Assembly: GCF_009914755.1 (NCBI RefSeq)
Contig: NC_060936.1
Reading direction: 5' to 3' (one strand)
Length of the DNA stretch: 64,000 bases
Source: the human T2T-CHM13v2.0 reference genome, Homo sapiens
Shown here: positions 60,576-64,000 of the stretch, piece after piece
Position numbering within the stretch: the stretch's first letter is position 1
Layout: each line of letters starts with the position of its first letter
Program-made: the position numbers and the translations under genes
The notes under the pieces: model-generated
Database searches by the model: none
What the model was told of the DNA's origin: nothing
Seen by the model: the letters and a program-made list of their open reading frames with translations, nothing else

Positions 60576-60682
60576 ATTACAACATAGATGAACCTGGAGA
60601 ACATCATACTCAGTGAAAGAAGCCAGTCACAAAAGCGCAAATACTATAGGATTCTACTTATATGAGGTTTTCAGAGGAGTCA

Positions 60683-61331
<649 letters not shown>

Positions 61332-61642
61332 TAGTAGAGACAGGGTTTCACTGTGTTAGCCAGGATGGTCTCCATCTCCTGACCTAGTGATCCGCCCGTC
61401 TCGGCCTCCCAAAGTGTTGGGATTAGAGGCGTGAGCCACCACGCCCCGCCTCAACAATGTTTTTATAGAGACAGGGTTTCACCATGTTGCCCAGGCTGGT
61501 CTCCAACTCCTGGGCTCAAGCAATTCTCCTGCCTCGGCATCCCAAAGTGCTGGGATTACAGGCGTTTGCCACTACGGCCGGCCCACAACAATGTGATTGT
61601 ACTTAATGTCACTGAACTGTGCACTTAAAAATGGTTAAGATG

Positions 61643-63310
<1,668 letters not shown>

Positions 63311-64000
63311 AAAAAAGAAACATGTCCTTCCTCGGTGGGCCTAGTAACGGTTTCCAAATGCAAATCCCATCTTGCCATCCCACCCTCTCCTAAACTCTTC
63401 CTGGGTATTTCTTTGAGTTTGGGGTGAAGACCCCGTTAGCTTGGCTTTCCAGGCCAGGGTGGGCTGGGCTGGGGTTCCCTGAGTACTTTCCAGGAGTACA
63501 GGCTTCGCCATCTCTAGCAATCTCGGCCCTCACGGTCTGCCCTGATCACCTCAGCACGTAGCCACCTGTTCACTCATTTTTCTCTTGCAATTTTGCCACG
63601 GGTGGTGCAATCTTTGCTCTTCTTGTCCCCCACCCCTAAGCGCTGGGAGCTCCTGCAGGCGGGTCTTGTTCTCACTGTGTCAACTGCAGCACTTACCTCG
63701 CAGCGTGTGCTCTCTGGGCAGGCCGGTGTGCAGCAGGCACTCCAGGATGTGAGTGAATGCTATGGCTGACTACGGGGCACTGTGGAACCTCTTTATTGGG
63801 AAAACAAACATGGTGGGCCAGGAGACCTCTTGTCCCTTCCAGCTCGGTGGCTTCTGGCCCCCAGTCCAGGGTCGGGAGTCTGTGTGTCCTGCGGCCTGGA
63901 GGATGAGCTGGGTGCAGGTAAAAGGCATCCAGGACTTGCTGATCCAGCCCAGGGCATCAGGCTGTCCAGCTGCTGGGCTGCTCTGGGAGGCAGCATGGAG

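Overview
Human-type (primate) genomic DNA: GC-rich and very Alu-dense, with several minisatellites. Bases ~1-21.8 kb hold most of intron 1 and coding exons 2-10 of MMP17 (MT4-MMP, a GPI-anchored matrix metalloproteinase) on the + strand. All GT-AG junctions and phases could be reconstructed (1653 nt = 550 codons + stop); exon 1 lies upstream of the window. The rest is intergenic, repeat-derived DNA. From recalled 12q24.33 synteny ULK1 should start just beyond the right edge, but no ULK1 sequence is visible. This part contains a two-LTR, internally deleted HERV-W (LTR17) provirus on the - strand (43908-51669, ATAT target-site duplication, TSD), LTR8, MER4-type and MER39-like LTRs, L1/L2/MIR/MER fragments and many Alus. 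I found no novel protein-coding system; almost all ORFs in the track are GC-rich, VNTR or Alu artefacts. The strongest non-obvious signals are: (1) a ~3.9 kb inversion (~51.74-55.60 kb) revealed by a nested MER58/LTR8/Alu structure split into opposite orientations with its TSDs separated; (2) a 185-bp AT-rich orphan retroposed insert with poly(A) and a 15-bp TSD in intron 1; (3) a 41-bp VNTR that amplifies the exon 3 splice donor; (4) a stop-free read-through of intron 9 that would remove the GPI signal; (5) a minisatellite that appears to be born from an L1 motif. Repeat family names come from recalled consensus sequences, not from a database search.
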